Below, piece by piece: positions 18,791-30,215 of a stretch of 64,000 nt of DNA. The stretch is from an uncultured Alphaproteobacteria bacterium (lineage in GTDB: Bacteria; Pseudomonadota; Alphaproteobacteria; HIMB59; GCA-002718135): assembly GCA_902539825.1 (NCBI GenBank), contig CACBMH010000001.1, forward strand, positions 930-64,929, given 5' to 3'. The notes under the pieces are model-generated. The model was given only the letters and a program-made list of their open reading frames with translations. It had not been told where the DNA came from and made no database searches. Each line of letters starts with the position of its first letter. The stretch's first letter is position 1. The position numbers and the translations under genes were made by a program.

Positions 18791-19894
18791 ATGATAATAA
18801 TTTTAACACAATGTTTTCCATCTAGAGTAGGGGGAATTGAAACATTGATGTATGACATTGCATTAAATTTAAGTCATAAACACAATGTAAAGGTTTTAGC
18901 TGACCAACAAGACAGTACTAAAGATTTTGAATTTGATAAAAACAATAAAAATTTTTCAATATTAAGATTTAAGGGTTTAAAATTTTTAAGAAAAAGAAAT
19001 AAATTTAATCAACTTAAAAATATTTGTTCTTCAAATAATATTAAAGCAGTCATCACTGATAGCTGGAAAAGTCTTGAGTTACCAATTAATTTTTTAAAAG
19101 AAAAAAAAATCCCAATCATTAGTCTTGTTCATGGAAACGAAATAATAATCAAAAACGATAATCATCATAAACGAATAAAGAAAGTTTTAGAATTAGCAAA
19201 CGCATTAGTGGTCAATTCATCATATACTAAAAACTTACTTTCAAAAATAAGTGAAAACTTAAAAAAAATTGAGGTTATCTATCCAGGTGTAAAATCTACT
19301 AAGGATATTATAGAACAAGCAATAGATTTAGATGATAGTTATCCAACGTTGCTTACTCTTGCCAGACTAGATAAAAGAAAAGGACATTCGTATATTCTTA
19401 AATCTATTTTTAATTTAAAAAAAATTTATCCAAATATTCAATATATAATTGCTGGTGAAGGTGATCAGTTAGAGAATATAAAGAAAGAAATAAAAAATTA
19501 TAATCTAGAATCAAATGTGAAGTTAGTTGGAACAATAAATGAAAATCAAAAAAAATTCATTTTTTCTAAGACTGATATTATGATCATGCCGACAATAGAT
19601 GAAACTCATGCAAATTCTATTGAAGGTTTTGGAATCGCCTACATTGAAGCAGCACAATATGGAATTCCATCAATTGCCTCAAATGTTGGAGGCACTCCTG
19701 AAGCTGTATTGCATAATAAAACAGGTTTAATTATTAATAATTTTAATGAATTAGATGAATCAATTAAGAATTTAGTTGAGAACAAACAAAATAGAATTGA
19801 ATTAGGACAAAATGCAAAAAATAGAGCAGAAAATGAATTAATCTGGGAAAAACAAGTAGTAAAATACAATAAGTTAATAGATGATATTCAATGA
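18791..19894 (+). CDS. Glycosyltransferase, GT-B fold (family 4-like)
   Basis: 367 aa with the C-terminal E-x7-E region EGFGIAYIEAAQYGIPSIASNVGGTPEAV. Confidence 0.8.
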   Translation: MIIILTQCFPSRVGGIETLMYDIALNLSHKHNVKVLADQQDSTKDFEFDKNNKNFSILRFKGLKFLRKRNKFNQLKNICSSNNIKAVITDSWKSLELPINFLKEKKIPIISLVHGNEIIIKNDNHHKRIKKVLELANALVVNSSYTKNLLSKISENLKKIEVIYPGVKSTKDIIEQAIDLDDSYPTLLTLARLDKRKGHSYILKSIFNLKKIYPNIQYIIAGEGDQLENIKKEIKNYNLESNVKLVGTINENQKKFIFSKTDIMIMPTIDETHANSIEGFGIAYIEAAQYGIPSIASNVGGTPEAVLHNKTGLIINNFNELDESIKNLVENKQNRIELGQNAKNRAENELIWEKQVVKYNKLIDDIQ

Positions 19895-20823
19895 CTATTT
19901 TATTTCATAACACAACTTTTGATAAAATTGATGTTTGGAAAAAAACAATAAAAAAATATTTTAAAAATGAAAAAATAATTTCTTTAAAAGATTATAAAAA
20001 TTTTCATGATGTAAATTGTGCAATTATTTGGAATCTACCAGATAATATTCTTTCAAGACTAAAAAATCTCCAAGTTATTTTCTCTATGGGAGCTGGAGTA
20101 GATCACATTCTAAGACTTAAAAATTATAATAAAAAAATTCCCATCATCAGAATAAAAGATGAAGAAATGGGTGAGAGAATTGCTAATTATTCTTTAGCTC
20201 AAATACTAAATTATCAATTAAATTTTAAAATTTTTCAAAATTCTCAAATCAAACAATACTGGTCTGGAGAAAGGACACCAATTGATAATAAAAATTTAAC
20301 AGTAGGTATTTTAGGTCTAGGCTTTCTTGGAAATCATATTGCAAAATTACTAAATAAATTAAATTATAATGTTATTGCATATAAAAAAAATCGAGCAAAA
20401 GTAAAAAATGTAAAAATATATATAGGTAAAAATATTATAAGTTTTATCAAAAGCTCTGATGTTATTATTTCTATTCTACCATCAACATCTCAAACAAATA
20501 ACATAATAGATAAAAAGTTTTTAAAGAATATGAAAAAAAATTCTTGTTTAATAAATATAGGTAGAGGAAATGCAATTGAAGAGAAAGATCTTTTAAATCA
20601 TTTAAAGAAAAACAAAAATTTTTATGCTTATTTAGATGTCTTTAAAGATGAACCTTTAAAATCAAGTAGTCAATTTTGGAAACTGCCAAATGTAACTATT
20701 ACTCCACACGTTGCAGGTGTAACAGCTATAGAGCCATCTGTTAAATATATGTACTCCAAATATAAAAAACTAAGAAAAAATAAAAATGTAAAATCAGATG
20801 TTAATCCATCTGATGGATATTAA
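19891..20823 (+). CDS. D-isomer-specific 2-hydroxyacid dehydrogenase (glyoxylate/hydroxypyruvate reductase A-like)
   Basis: 310 aa with the NAD fold GILGLGFLGNHIA plus INIGRG and TPHVAG motifs. Overlaps the glycosyltransferase gene by 4 nt. Confidence 0.8.
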   Translation: MTILFHNTTFDKIDVWKKTIKKYFKNEKIISLKDYKNFHDVNCAIIWNLPDNILSRLKNLQVIFSMGAGVDHILRLKNYNKKIPIIRIKDEEMGERIANYSLAQILNYQLNFKIFQNSQIKQYWSGERTPIDNKNLTVGILGLGFLGNHIAKLLNKLNYNVIAYKKNRAKVKNVKIYIGKNIISFIKSSDVIISILPSTSQTNNIIDKKFLKNMKKNSCLINIGRGNAIEEKDLLNHLKKNKNFYAYLDVFKDEPLKSSSQFWKLPNVTITPHVAGVTAIEPSVKYMYSKYKKLRKNKNVKSDVNPSDGY

Positions 20824-21998
20824 TTAACGTCAAAATAATTTTCTAAAATTCTAAAATAAATATTTTCTAATTTTATAATATCTTCAACAAAAACAAATTC
20901 ATCTACTTTATGAAGAGTTTGATTTCTAAGACCTAACTCTACTACTTCACAATAGTTCTTTATATATCTTGCATCAGAAGTACCACCATCGGTTGCTTGC
21001 TCAGGTGGGCTATTTCTGCCTGTGACATCGGAAACTGATTTTGAAATAATATTATATAAATCACCGGCTTTATTCAAAAATGACTCAGCTGTTGCATCAT
21101 AAGTATAAGTGCAACTAGCGTTTTCCAGTTTAGAGAAAATCTTTTCTATTTTATTATCAATCCATTTTATAAGTGAGTCAGATGAATGCATATCATTAAA
21201 TCTAATATTAACTGTTGCTTTAGCTAATTCCGGAATTACGTTTTGAACAGGATTGCCTATATCAATAGTAGCGATTTGAACTGATGTTGGTAAAAAATTT
21301 TCATTACCTTCATCTAGCGGCTCTTCTAATATACTATTTAATAAATTCACTAAGTGATGTGAAGAATTTTCAGCTAAATGAGAATTCGCCGTATGTCCTT
21401 GAATACCTTTTACCTGAAAAAAGAAACTAACTGATCCTCTTCTTCCAATTTTTACTTTATCGCCGACCTCATTTTTAGAAGTTGGTTCACCAACAAGACA
21501 ATGATCAAATTTATAATTTTGTTTACTTGCCCATTCTAGAATTCTTGGTGTGCCGTTTACAGAATCTCTTTCTTCATCTCCTGTAATAATAAATGAAATC
21601 TTACCTGGAATATTTTTATATTTATCTACAAATCTTTTAGCGGCACTGATGAAACAAGCAACACTGCTTTTCATATCTTCACTACCTCTTCCATAAAGTT
21701 TACCATCATCTATTCTTGCTGAAAAAGGAGGATATTTCCAAGAATTTTCATTTCCTACTGGAACTACATCTGTGTGACCAGCATAAGCAAAATGCTTTCC
21801 TTCATTTCCTATCGTTGCAAATAAATTTTTTACTTCATAAGAATTGTTTCCAGAGAAAATTAATGGATGACAGTCACATCCTATAGCACTTAGATGATTT
21901 TCAACGACTGTTAAAGCGCCCTCATCTTTTGGAGTTACACTTGCACATTTAACTAAGGATTGTGTAAGAGTAACTGGATCAAAATTAATTTCTGACAT
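20820..21998 (-). CDS. dapE: Succinyl-diaminopimelate desuccinylase
   Basis: 392 aa, M20 peptidase motifs GHTDVVP and GRGSEDMK. Adjacent to dapD. Confidence 0.88.
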   Translation of the reverse strand: MSEINFDPVTLTQSLVKCASVTPKDEGALTVVENHLSAIGCDCHPLIFSGNNSYEVKNLFATIGNEGKHFAYAGHTDVVPVGNENSWKYPPFSARIDDGKLYGRGSEDMKSSVACFISAAKRFVDKYKNIPGKISFIITGDEERDSVNGTPRILEWASKQNYKFDHCLVGEPTSKNEVGDKVKIGRRGSVSFFFQVKGIQGHTANSHLAENSSHHLVNLLNSILEEPLDEGNENFLPTSVQIATIDIGNPVQNVIPELAKATVNIRFNDMHSSDSLIKWIDNKIEKIFSKLENASCTYTYDATAESFLNKAGDLYNIISKSVSDVTGRNSPPEQATDGGTSDARYIKNYCEVVELGLRNQTLHKVDEFVFVEDIIKLENIYFRILENYFDVN

Positions 21999-22822
21999 TA
22001 ATCTCTTAAAAGATCATTGATTGATGTTTTGCTTCTAGTTTTTTCATCAACTCTTTTAACAATAACTGCACAGTATAAAGAAGGATTAATATCTTCTTCT
22101 TTTTTTCCTGGTAATGTACCTGGTACCACAACTGAATACGCTGGAACTTTTCCCATATGAATTTCCCCAGTTGATCGATCGACTATTTTTGTAGATGCTC
22201 CAATAAATACACCCATTGATAAAACCGCACCTTCACCAACAATAACACCTTCAGCCACTTCACTTCTAGCTCCAATAAAACAATTGTCTTCAATAATCAC
22301 AGGATTTGCTTGAAGAGGTTCAAGTACACCGCCAATACCAGCACCTCCAGAAATATGACAGTTTTTACCTATTTGTGCACATGATCCAACTGTTGCCCAA
22401 GTATCAATCATTGTTCCTTCGTCAACATATGCACCAAGATTTACAAAAGAAGGCATTAAAACAACACCTTTAGCAATAAATGCAGATTTTCTTACAACAG
22501 CGTCTGGTACATATCGAAATCCTGCTTTCAGATGATCATCTTTAGTCCAATTTGCAGTTTTACTTTCTACTTTGTCAAACCAAGTAGCATGCGATGCTTT
22601 AATGATTTCATTATCATTTAATCTGAAACTTAAAAGAATTGCCTTTTTAATCCATTGATTAACTTGCCATTCATTATTAATTTTTTCACAAACCCTTAAG
22701 CTTCCACTATCAAGTTTGTTTAAAGTTTCATCTACTGCATTTCTAATATCACCTGCAGTATTGACATTAATATTATCTTTCTCCTCAAAGGCATCATTTA
22801 TAATTCTTTCCAGATCACTCAT
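21998..22822 (-). CDS. dapD: Tetrahydrodipicolinate N-succinyltransferase
   Basis: 274 aa with left-handed beta-helix hexapeptide repeats and a DapD-type N-terminal domain. Confidence 0.9.
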   Translation of the reverse strand: MSDLERIINDAFEEKDNINVNTAGDIRNAVDETLNKLDSGSLRVCEKINNEWQVNQWIKKAILLSFRLNDNEIIKASHATWFDKVESKTANWTKDDHLKAGFRYVPDAVVRKSAFIAKGVVLMPSFVNLGAYVDEGTMIDTWATVGSCAQIGKNCHISGGAGIGGVLEPLQANPVIIEDNCFIGARSEVAEGVIVGEGAVLSMGVFIGASTKIVDRSTGEIHMGKVPAYSVVVPGTLPGKKEEDINPSLYCAVIVKRVDEKTRSKTSINDLLRD

Positions 22823-23493
22823 ATTTTACCCTCATTTACATCTTTTAAGAATAAACTCAAATCTCTTGTTTGAAAATCTAAATATTCTTTAGATGCTTCA
22901 ATATCATCGGAAAAATTTTCATAACCAGCATCAACCCAGACAGGTGTAAAACCAACTTTTTTTGCTGGAACTAAATTCTTTGCAATATCATCAAACATTG
23001 CGGATTTATTTGCTTCGATATCAAATAAGTCGATAATTTTTTCATAGGGGGAAATTTCTGGCTTAGGAATATAATTAGCCATTTTAATATCATATATTTC
23101 ATCAAAAAAGTTTGTTAGATTTATTTTTTCTAACACATCTAAGACATGTTGCTTATTAGCATTTGTATAAATAATTTTTCTTCCCTCAAGTTTATATAAT
23201 TCATCATTAAGATTTTGATTTGGACCAACAATTGAGTAATCTAACTTATGAACTTCTTCTAAAAAATAATCAGGATCTACACCATGATTATCCATCATAC
23301 CTCTTAATGTAGTGCCATGTTGCTTGTAATATTTTGCTTGTAGTTTTTTTGCTTCAGCTAATTCCATATTTAAATTTTTAGCTACAAACTCACCCATTAA
23401 CTTATGTACTTGCTGAAAAATTCCACTGTCTGCAGAGTACAGTGTGTTATCTAGATCAAATATCCAGGTATTGATGTTATCTTTAAAGCTCAT
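22819..23493 (-). CDS. HAD-superfamily hydrolase, pyrimidine 5'-nucleotidase subfamily
   Basis: 224 aa with HAD motif I FDLDNTLY and a downstream FDD motif. The dapD/argB neighbourhood is common in alphaproteobacteria. Confidence 0.7.
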   Translation of the reverse strand: MSFKDNINTWIFDLDNTLYSADSGIFQQVHKLMGEFVAKNLNMELAEAKKLQAKYYKQHGTTLRGMMDNHGVDPDYFLEEVHKLDYSIVGPNQNLNDELYKLEGRKIIYTNANKQHVLDVLEKINLTNFFDEIYDIKMANYIPKPEISPYEKIIDLFDIEANKSAMFDDIAKNLVPAKKVGFTPVWVDAGYENFSDDIEASKEYLDFQTRDLSLFLKDVNEGKI

Positions 23494-24405
23494 TTAATTA
23501 CTTGTTATTTGTGTACCAATTCCATGTTCAGTGAATAACTCTAATATTACTGAATGAGGAATTCTTCCATCTAAAATAGTAGATTTTTTAACACCTTTTT
23601 TCATTGCATCAATACATGTATTAATTTTCGGCTTCATACCTCCAGAAATATATTCTTTATTAGCAATAATTTCAGCTTCTTCTAAAGTTATTGATGATAT
23701 TAATTTTTCATTTTTGTCCAAAATTCCAGGTACATCGGTTAGTAATAATAATTTACTTGCCTGTAACTCACCTGCTATAAAACCCGCAACAGTGTCAGCA
23801 TTAATATTATATGTAAAATTATTTTCATCCTTACCTAAAGGAGATATGACAGGTATTTGACCATTTTTTATAAAGCTAGTTAGCATATCTTTGTTTAATT
23901 TTTTTGGTTGTCCAACAAAACCAATATCAACTATTTTTTCAATATTTGAATCACTATCTTTAATTTCCACATTCAATTTAGTTGCAGTGACTAAGTTATC
24001 ATTACCAGATACTCCTATCGCTTTTCCTCCAGAGGCACTTATAGATTCTACTATTTCTGAATTGATATCCTTAGATAAAACTTCCTCAACTACCTTAATT
24101 GTTTCTTTATCAGTAACTCGTAATCCTTCAACAAATTGTGTTGATATATTTTTTGATTTAAGTCTCTCACCAATTTGAGGCCCTCCACCATGAATAATAA
24201 TTGGTGACACACCTACTTCTTTTAATAACCCAATATCTCTTGAAAAACTCTCAGACAGTTTTTTATCTCCCATTGCATGTCCACCGTATTTTATTACAAT
24301 GGTATCACCACTATGTTCTCGAATGTATGGAAGAGCTTCAACTAAGGTTGAGGCTTTATGAATAAAATAAGCCTGATCACTCTCTGATAAAAAATCAAAT
24401 TTCAT
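23494..24405 (-). CDS. argB: Acetylglutamate kinase
   Basis: 303 aa with VIKYGGHAM, IHGGGPQI and NINAD motifs. Confidence 0.92.
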   Translation of the reverse strand: MKFDFLSESDQAYFIHKASTLVEALPYIREHSGDTIVIKYGGHAMGDKKLSESFSRDIGLLKEVGVSPIIIHGGGPQIGERLKSKNISTQFVEGLRVTDKETIKVVEEVLSKDINSEIVESISASGGKAIGVSGNDNLVTATKLNVEIKDSDSNIEKIVDIGFVGQPKKLNKDMLTSFIKNGQIPVISPLGKDENNFTYNINADTVAGFIAGELQASKLLLLTDVPGILDKNEKLISSITLEEAEIIANKEYISGGMKPKINTCIDAMKKGVKKSTILDGRIPHSVILELFTEHGIGTQITSN

Positions 24406-24407
24406 AT

Positions 24408-25028
24408 TTATTGTGATAACCCGTATATAGATCTTTGAATCTCTGTAATACCATTATTTTTTTTGGTCTCAGATTGATATATTTTCATAAATGATTTTTC
24501 ATAATTTTGCATTAAACTTAAAATTGATTTTTTTTGATATTCTAAATAGTTATTAGATATTTTATCTATTTTAGTTAAAATTATTGAAAATTTTCTTGAA
24601 CAATCACTCAATAAATCCAACATATCAATATCAGAATTTTTGATACCAACTTTTGAGTCAATGAGTAAAAAAACATGATCAAGTGTATCTCTATTTTCTA
24701 TATATTCTTCAATCAGGGTCATTAAGTTTTCTCGAGCAACTTTTGATACTTTGGCAAAACCATAACCTGGCAAATCAATCATATTTATTTTTTCACTAAT
24801 TAAAAAAACATTTATAGCCTGAGTTCTTCCTGGAGTTTTACTAGTTTTCGCTAGTTTTTTTGTTTTAGTTAACGAATTTATTAAACTAGATTTTCCAACA
24901 TTAGATCTACCTATAAAACAACATTCTTTTTTTATATCTGAATAAGGAATGTCTTTAAATGACTGAAAGGAACCTAAAAACTTATTATTATTAAAAAAGT
25001 TATTTAAATTTTTATTTAAGCTAGCCAT
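24408..25028 (-). CDS. engB: Ribosome biogenesis GTPase EngB/YsxC
   Basis: 206 aa with G1 GRSNVGKSSLIN and G3 DLPGYG. Confidence 0.9.
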   Translation of the reverse strand: MASLNKNLNNFFNNNKFLGSFQSFKDIPYSDIKKECCFIGRSNVGKSSLINSLTKTKKLAKTSKTPGRTQAINVFLISEKINMIDLPGYGFAKVSKVARENLMTLIEEYIENRDTLDHVFLLIDSKVGIKNSDIDMLDLLSDCSRKFSIILTKIDKISNNYLEYQKKSILSLMQNYEKSFMKIYQSETKKNNGITEIQRSIYGLSQ

Positions 25029-26748
25029 TTTTGGCTAAAATTCTTCTTTGAATATACCATTGCTGTGCAATTGATAAAATATTGTTCACTGACCAATATA
25101 AAACTAAACCAGCTGCAAAACCAGCTAGTACAAAAGTAAATACAAATGGAAGTAATGCAAAAATTCTAGCCTGTGTTGGATCAGCGGGAGCAGGATTTAG
25201 TTTTTGTTGTAACCACATAGTGAAGCCCATAATGATAGGAAGAATACCAATATCAATTATTGAAAGTATAGGTGGCACATCCCAAGGAACTAATCCAAAT
25301 ATTGTCATTAAGCCTAATGGGTCTGGCGCAGATAGATCATGAATCCATCCATAAAAAGGAGCGTGATACATCTCTATGGTGACAAACAACACTTTATACA
25401 AAGAGAAGAAAATTGGTATTTGTACTAAAATTGGTAGACAACCCGCAACAGGATTAGCTCCCTCTCTTTTATACAAGGCCATTAGTTCTTGCTGCATTTT
25501 TTGTCTGTCATTTGGATATGTTTCTTTTAATCTTTGCATATCAGGCTGAAGTTTTTTCATCTTTGCCATAGATTTAAAAGATGCTTGTGCCAGTGGGAAT
25601 AAAATTAAACGCATTAAAATGGTAAAGGCAATTATTGCTAGACCAAAATTACCTGCATAACCAAAAAACCAATTAATGGCATATGAAACAGGTTTAGTTA
25701 AAAAACTAAACCAGCCCCAGTCAATTGCATCAGTAAATCTTGGTATAGAGAGATTTTCATCATAAGCACTTAAGACATTTAATTTTTTTGCACCCACAAA
25801 TAATTTTCCGCCGTAAGATATATTTTCACCCGAGTTAATTTTATATATCTGACCAACATAACCTGCCCTATAGCTATCACGTCCATTATTACCATACCTA
25901 TAATTGACGTTAATGGATTGGTCCGCATCAGGAATTAAAGCAGACATCCAATATTTGTCTGTAAAACCTAACCAACCTCCTTGTGTTTTATTATCGCAAA
26001 ACTCTTTTTTTGTTTGCATTGATGAATTACAATCATCGGCAATATCATCATAATTTTTTTCCAATAATTCGTCGTTTATTAGACTAATTAAACCCTCGTG
26101 AAGTATAAAAAAATTAATTGTATCTGGTGTGTTTATTCTTTTGATTAATCTGTATGGAAAAACTTCAATATCTTCACCACTGTTATTTTCTATTTCCTGT
26201 GTAATTGTAAACAAATACTCATCATCAACTTGATAGTTGATTTTGAAAGTTATATTTTTATTATTAGTCCAACTAAGTGTAACAGGGCTTGAGGGGCTTA
26301 GAGTGGTAGAGTTAGTTTTCCAATTTGTTTCTAAATTAGGTAATTCAATGTTAGAATTTTTTAGCTCTTTCCAACCTGTTTCAATATAATATGGATTAGC
26401 AGTCCCATCCGGTAACAAAAGCTGTATATTATTCGAATCAGGTTCTAAACTAGTTTTATATTTTGATAATATGAGGTCATCTAAAATTGCTCCTTTTAAA
26501 TTTATAGAACCTTTAATAGATGCATTTTCAAAAATAACTCTGTCGGTTTGAATTAAAGCTTCATCTCTACTTTGTATTTCTGAAACAACTTGGTTGCTTT
26601 GTCCGTCAATGGATGTTGCAGGCTCTAATACTTCATCTTCTTCAAAGGATGTTGTTTGAATTGGTTGAGTTGGAAATAATAATTGAAAAAAAACAATTAT
26701 CGCAATTGAAATACCAATAGCCAAATATAAATTTCTTTGTTCGTTCAT
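25021..26748 (-). CDS. yidC: Membrane protein insertase YidC
   Basis: 575 aa with an N-terminal TM segment, a large periplasmic domain and a C-terminal 60-kDa-IMP core ([16 protein letters not shown]). Confidence 0.93.
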   Translation of the reverse strand: MNEQRNLYLAIGISIAIIVFFQLLFPTQPIQTTSFEEDEVLEPATSIDGQSNQVVSEIQSRDEALIQTDRVIFENASIKGSINLKGAILDDLILSKYKTSLEPDSNNIQLLLPDGTANPYYIETGWKELKNSNIELPNLETNWKTNSTTLSPSSPVTLSWTNNKNITFKINYQVDDEYLFTITQEIENNSGEDIEVFPYRLIKRINTPDTINFFILHEGLISLINDELLEKNYDDIADDCNSSMQTKKEFCDNKTQGGWLGFTDKYWMSALIPDADQSINVNYRYGNNGRDSYRAGYVGQIYKINSGENISYGGKLFVGAKKLNVLSAYDENLSIPRFTDAIDWGWFSFLTKPVSYAINWFFGYAGNFGLAIIAFTILMRLILFPLAQASFKSMAKMKKLQPDMQRLKETYPNDRQKMQQELMALYKREGANPVAGCLPILVQIPIFFSLYKVLFVTIEMYHAPFYGWIHDLSAPDPLGLMTIFGLVPWDVPPILSIIDIGILPIIMGFTMWLQQKLNPAPADPTQARIFALLPFVFTFVLAGFAAGLVLYWSVNNILSIAQQWYIQRRILAKNG

Positions 26749-26990
26749 TTATTTAACTCAGATTTTTTTGGTACTGGATCAAATCCGTGGGAACCCCAGG
26801 GATGACATTTTGAAATTCTTTTCACCGATAAAATTGATCCTTTAAATAACCCATGTTCCTTTAATGCTTTAATAGAATACTCAGAACAGGTTGGTAAATA
26901 CCGACAATTCTGCCCAAGTATTGGGGAAATCAATAACTGGTATAATCTAATTATTATGATTAAAGGTAATGAAATATATTTACTAACCAT
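26745..26990 (-). CDS. yidD: Membrane protein insertion efficiency factor YidD
   Basis: 81 aa with [10 protein letters not shown] and [10 protein letters not shown] motifs. Confidence 0.9.
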   Translation of the reverse strand: MVSKYISLPLIIIIRLYQLLISPILGQNCRYLPTCSEYSIKALKEHGLFKGSILSVKRISKCHPWGSHGFDPVPKKSELNK

Positions 26991-27312
26991 TTATCTTTCC
27001 CTTAAGTTCTAATAAAAGTTTATCAAATTTCTCTTCGAGCAATGACGTTTTAGCTATTAACACATAATATGAATTAATTTTACCATTAATAATAATTTTT
27101 CTAGCTAATTCTCTCATTATTCTCTTTGCTCTATTTCTTTTTACTGCGTTGCCAATTTTTTTGGAAGCTGTGTATCCTACACCTATAGAATTTTCTAGAT
27201 CTTGATTGTGTAAAATTTGGATATTCATATTTTTACCTTTTATAAATTCTCCCTCGTTTCGTATCATAACGAAAGTCGATCTTTTCTTAATTGTAAATAA
27301 TGTTTGGGCCAT
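26983..27312 (-). CDS. rnpA: Ribonuclease P protein component
   Basis: 109 aa basic protein with the [14 protein letters not shown] (RNR) motif. Lies between rpmH and yidD. Confidence 0.88.
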   Translation of the reverse strand: MAQTLFTIKKRSTFVMIRNEGEFIKGKNMNIQILHNQDLENSIGVGYTASKKIGNAVKRNRAKRIMRELARKIIINGKINSYYVLIAKTSLLEEKFDKLLLELKGKING

Positions 27313-27321
27313 TTGGCCTTT

Positions 27322-27456
27322 TTAAGCGCTTAATTGAGCTCTTCCTTTTGCACGTCTTCTATTAATGATTTGACGACCTGCTTTAGTTGCCATTCTAGCC
27401 CTAAAACCGTGCCTTCTTTTTCTAATTACTCTACTAGGTTGGTAAGTGCGTTTCAT
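27322..27456 (-). CDS. rpmH: 50S ribosomal protein L34
   Basis: Not in the ORF track (44 aa). Manual translation [44 protein letters not shown] is an unmistakable L34 sequence, upstream of rnpA. Confidence 0.97.
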   Translation of the reverse strand: MKRTYQPSRVIRKRRHGFRARMATKAGRQIINRRRAKGRAQLSA

Positions 27457-27519
27457 AATAAATCTCTGGGCCTAATACGAATTCATTATATATAAGTCAA
27501 ATATTTACTTATGTAATCG

Positions 27520-28350
27520 ATGAAAATTTTCAGAAAAGCTAGTGAATTAGAGCCAAATTTAGTTTCAATCAAAGACAAGGGTCAGTCTATTGGTTTAGTT
27601 TTAACAATGGGAAACTTACACGATGGACATTTATCTCTCATTAGAGAAGCACAATTACATAACGAATTTGTGATCTGTTCAATATTTATTAATCCTACTC
27701 AATTTAACAATGAAAATGATTTCAATTCTTATCCAAAGACAATTGATGAAGATATTTCTAAATTAGAAAATATTGGTTGTAATGCACTCTTCTTACCTGA
27801 AGTTCAAGAAATATATCCTAAAGGATTGGCAAAGAAAAAAATTGTAAACAATTTTAGAAATATTTTATGTGATAAATTTCGACCTGGCCATTTTGATGGA
27901 GTTACTACTGTTGTGGATCTTTTTTTTAATATGATTAAACCAACGAATAGTTATTTTGGTGAGAAGGATTTTCAGCAAGTAAAAATAATACAAGATTTAG
28001 TAAAAATTAATCATCATAATATTAAAATAATTCAATGCCCATCTGTACGAGATAAATTGGGTATGAGTTTATCTTCAAGAAACTCTAAATTTTCTAATGC
28101 TCAATTAAAAATTTTCAATGTATTAGGAAATAAAATTAAAGAACATATTAATCTATTAACACAAAATGAAATTAATAATTTAGATCAATTAAAAATAGAA
28201 CTTCTTCAAAATAATATAAATAAAATTGACTATTTAGAAATAAGAAATGAAAATAATTTAGAAATAACAAAAAATTATTCTGAAGCTAGATTATTTATTG
28301 CTCTATATATTAGTGATATAAGAATTATTGACAATTTTAAGTTATATTAA
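27520..28350 (+). CDS. panC: Pantoate--beta-alanine ligase
   Basis: 276 aa with TMGNLHDGHLSL (HIGH-type) and FGEKDFQQ motifs. Confidence 0.9.
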   Translation: MKIFRKASELEPNLVSIKDKGQSIGLVLTMGNLHDGHLSLIREAQLHNEFVICSIFINPTQFNNENDFNSYPKTIDEDISKLENIGCNALFLPEVQEIYPKGLAKKKIVNNFRNILCDKFRPGHFDGVTTVVDLFFNMIKPTNSYFGEKDFQQVKIIQDLVKINHHNIKIIQCPSVRDKLGMSLSSRNSKFSNAQLKIFNVLGNKIKEHINLLTQNEINNLDQLKIELLQNNINKIDYLEIRNENNLEITKNYSEARLFIALYISDIRIIDNFKLY

Positions 28351-28955
28351 GGTATTAACCAATTATATTCTGGTTCATTATTTTTAAATGTTAATTTTAA
28401 TCTACGATGTCCTGAAATTTCTAAATAAAGCCAATCAATTTCATTAATTTTATTTTCAACTACTGTAAAATTTTTATATCCTTTTTTACTTTCTTCATGA
28501 CTTGGTTCCTTTCCGGTTAAGTGTTCAGGGATACCATCTTCTGGAAATTCAGTGATTGAACTTGGATCTTTCAATGTTAAGTAACATTTTCTACTAAACA
28601 ATCTTGTTTTGTCCCACATTTCTTTAGCTTTATCATTTTGATTATTAACCAAAGACGTTGTTTTGATTCGCATTTGAATTTTTAATTTATGATCATAAAA
28701 AACAAATTGAGAACTATTATTTTTTTTTAAATTAGGAACCTTCGGAGATCTAAAGTCTGTGTGAAAATTTAGTGTCATGCTACTGGGATCAAACTTTCTT
28801 AAGACTACAACTCTAGAATCAATTCCACCTTCACTATCAATATTACTAAAGACTGGCGTGTGAAAGGTGTGTTTTCTATCTTTAACTCCTCTAGTTAAAT
28901 TTTTCTTTATATCCTCAAATATTTCTGCAGCATTTTCTTTTGAAGAAGTCGACAT
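28347..28955 (-). CDS. Pyridoxamine 5'-phosphate oxidase-family FMN-binding protein
   Basis: 202 aa. The pattern RKHTFHTPVFSNID...SRVVVLRKFD and the C-terminal split-barrel pattern resemble PNPOx-like proteins. Specific function unknown. Confidence 0.6.
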   Translation of the reverse strand: MSTSSKENAAEIFEDIKKNLTRGVKDRKHTFHTPVFSNIDSEGGIDSRVVVLRKFDPSSMTLNFHTDFRSPKVPNLKKNNSSQFVFYDHKLKIQMRIKTTSLVNNQNDKAKEMWDKTRLFSRKCYLTLKDPSSITEFPEDGIPEHLTGKEPSHEESKKGYKNFTVVENKINEIDWLYLEISGHRRLKLTFKNNEPEYNWLIP

Positions 28956-28996
28956 TGTTATTGTAATATAAATTGTTTTAAAGAAATAGCTAGATA

Positions 28997-29791
28997 ATGG
29001 AAATAAATAAAATTACGAATTTATTGAATCTGGAGCATGTTAAGTTTTTAATATCTATCTTTAAAGAAAATAATATTGAAATTCGATTAGTAGGAGGTTG
29101 TATACGAGATGCTCTTCTTGAAAGAGAAATCAAAGATATTGATACAGCGACAACTTTGGAGCCTGAAGATGTTTTGTCATTACTAAAAGAGAACAATATT
29201 GAGTATGATGATTTTGCTATTCAATATGGATCTATAATTGCTTATCCTCATAATCGAAAAATACAAATTACAACTTTACGTGAAGATGTTAATCAAATGG
29301 GAAGACATACAAATGTAATTTACACCAACAGCTGGAAAAAAGATTCAGCCAGAAGAGATTTTACTTTCAATGCTTTATATGTGGGAAACAATAATAAACT
29401 CCATGATTATTACAATGGCCAATCAGATTTAAATGAAAGTAAAATTTGTTTTATTGGTGAAATAGAGGATAGAATAAAAGAAGATTACTTAAGAATCTAT
29501 CGATACTTTAGGTTTAGAGGTTTATTTAATTTACCTAAAACATCTTTAAGTGATCAAAAGATTGTAGAAAAATATATTCACGAATCTTTGGCAGTGTTGA
29601 CCAACGATGTAATAAGACAAGAAATATTAAAAATGTTTAATATGTCTTTTCCATTAAATTGTTTTTACATATCTCATCAAACGTTACAAAAATTCAAATG
29701 GGTTGAAATAGTGCAAGAGCATTTTATACGAACAAAATACGACCTTGGATTAAATAAATGTCTGAATAAGATTGATAATTTAATAAATTAG
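28997..29791 (+). CDS. Class II tRNA nucleotidyltransferase / poly(A) polymerase family protein, short form (264 aa)
   Basis: Motif A RLVGGCIRDALL, motif B RRDFTFNA, motif D EDRIKEDYLRIYRYFRF. It ends soon after the neck region. Confidence 0.8.
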   Translation: MEINKITNLLNLEHVKFLISIFKENNIEIRLVGGCIRDALLEREIKDIDTATTLEPEDVLSLLKENNIEYDDFAIQYGSIIAYPHNRKIQITTLREDVNQMGRHTNVIYTNSWKKDSARRDFTFNALYVGNNNKLHDYYNGQSDLNESKICFIGEIEDRIKEDYLRIYRYFRFRGLFNLPKTSLSDQKIVEKYIHESLAVLTNDVIRQEILKMFNMSFPLNCFYISHQTLQKFKWVEIVQEHFIRTKYDLGLNKCLNKIDNLIN

Positions 29792-30201
29792 TTTTTTAGT
29801 TTACAATTTTCGCACAAACCAAATATTTCTAAATTATGTTTTTTATAATTGAAGTTATTTTTTTCTGCTTGTTTTGAAAAATAAGAAAATAAATTATTTC
29901 CAGTTAGCTCAGTAACACTATCACAGTTTTCACATATCAAAAAAGATGTAGAAGTTTTTGCATTACATCCTTCATGTTTACAAGCAACGTAAGAATTTCT
30001 ACTTTCTATTTTGTGAACTTTTCCAATTTCAATCAATTTATCGAGTGCCCTGTAAACTTGCAGAGGAGATTTTATTCCCATTTTTTGTATATCATAAAGA
30101 ATTGTGTACGCCTTCATCGGTTCAGAAGAGTTTTCTAAAACTCCAAGAACTGTTTTTTGATTCTTAGTTAAATTATCCGATGCCAATCCCATATATCTCA
30201 A
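29788..30201 (-). CDS. zur: Zinc uptake regulator (Fur family)
   Basis: 137 aa with a winged-helix N-terminus and C-terminal Cys pairs (CKHEGC ... CENC ... CENC). It is the last gene of the znuC-znuB-zur operon. Confidence 0.8.
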   Translation of the reverse strand: MRYMGLASDNLTKNQKTVLGVLENSSEPMKAYTILYDIQKMGIKSPLQVYRALDKLIEIGKVHKIESRNSYVACKHEGCNAKTSTSFLICENCDSVTELTGNNLFSYFSKQAEKNNFNYKKHNLEIFGLCENCKLKN

Positions 30202-30215
30202 TTACCAAATTGTTT

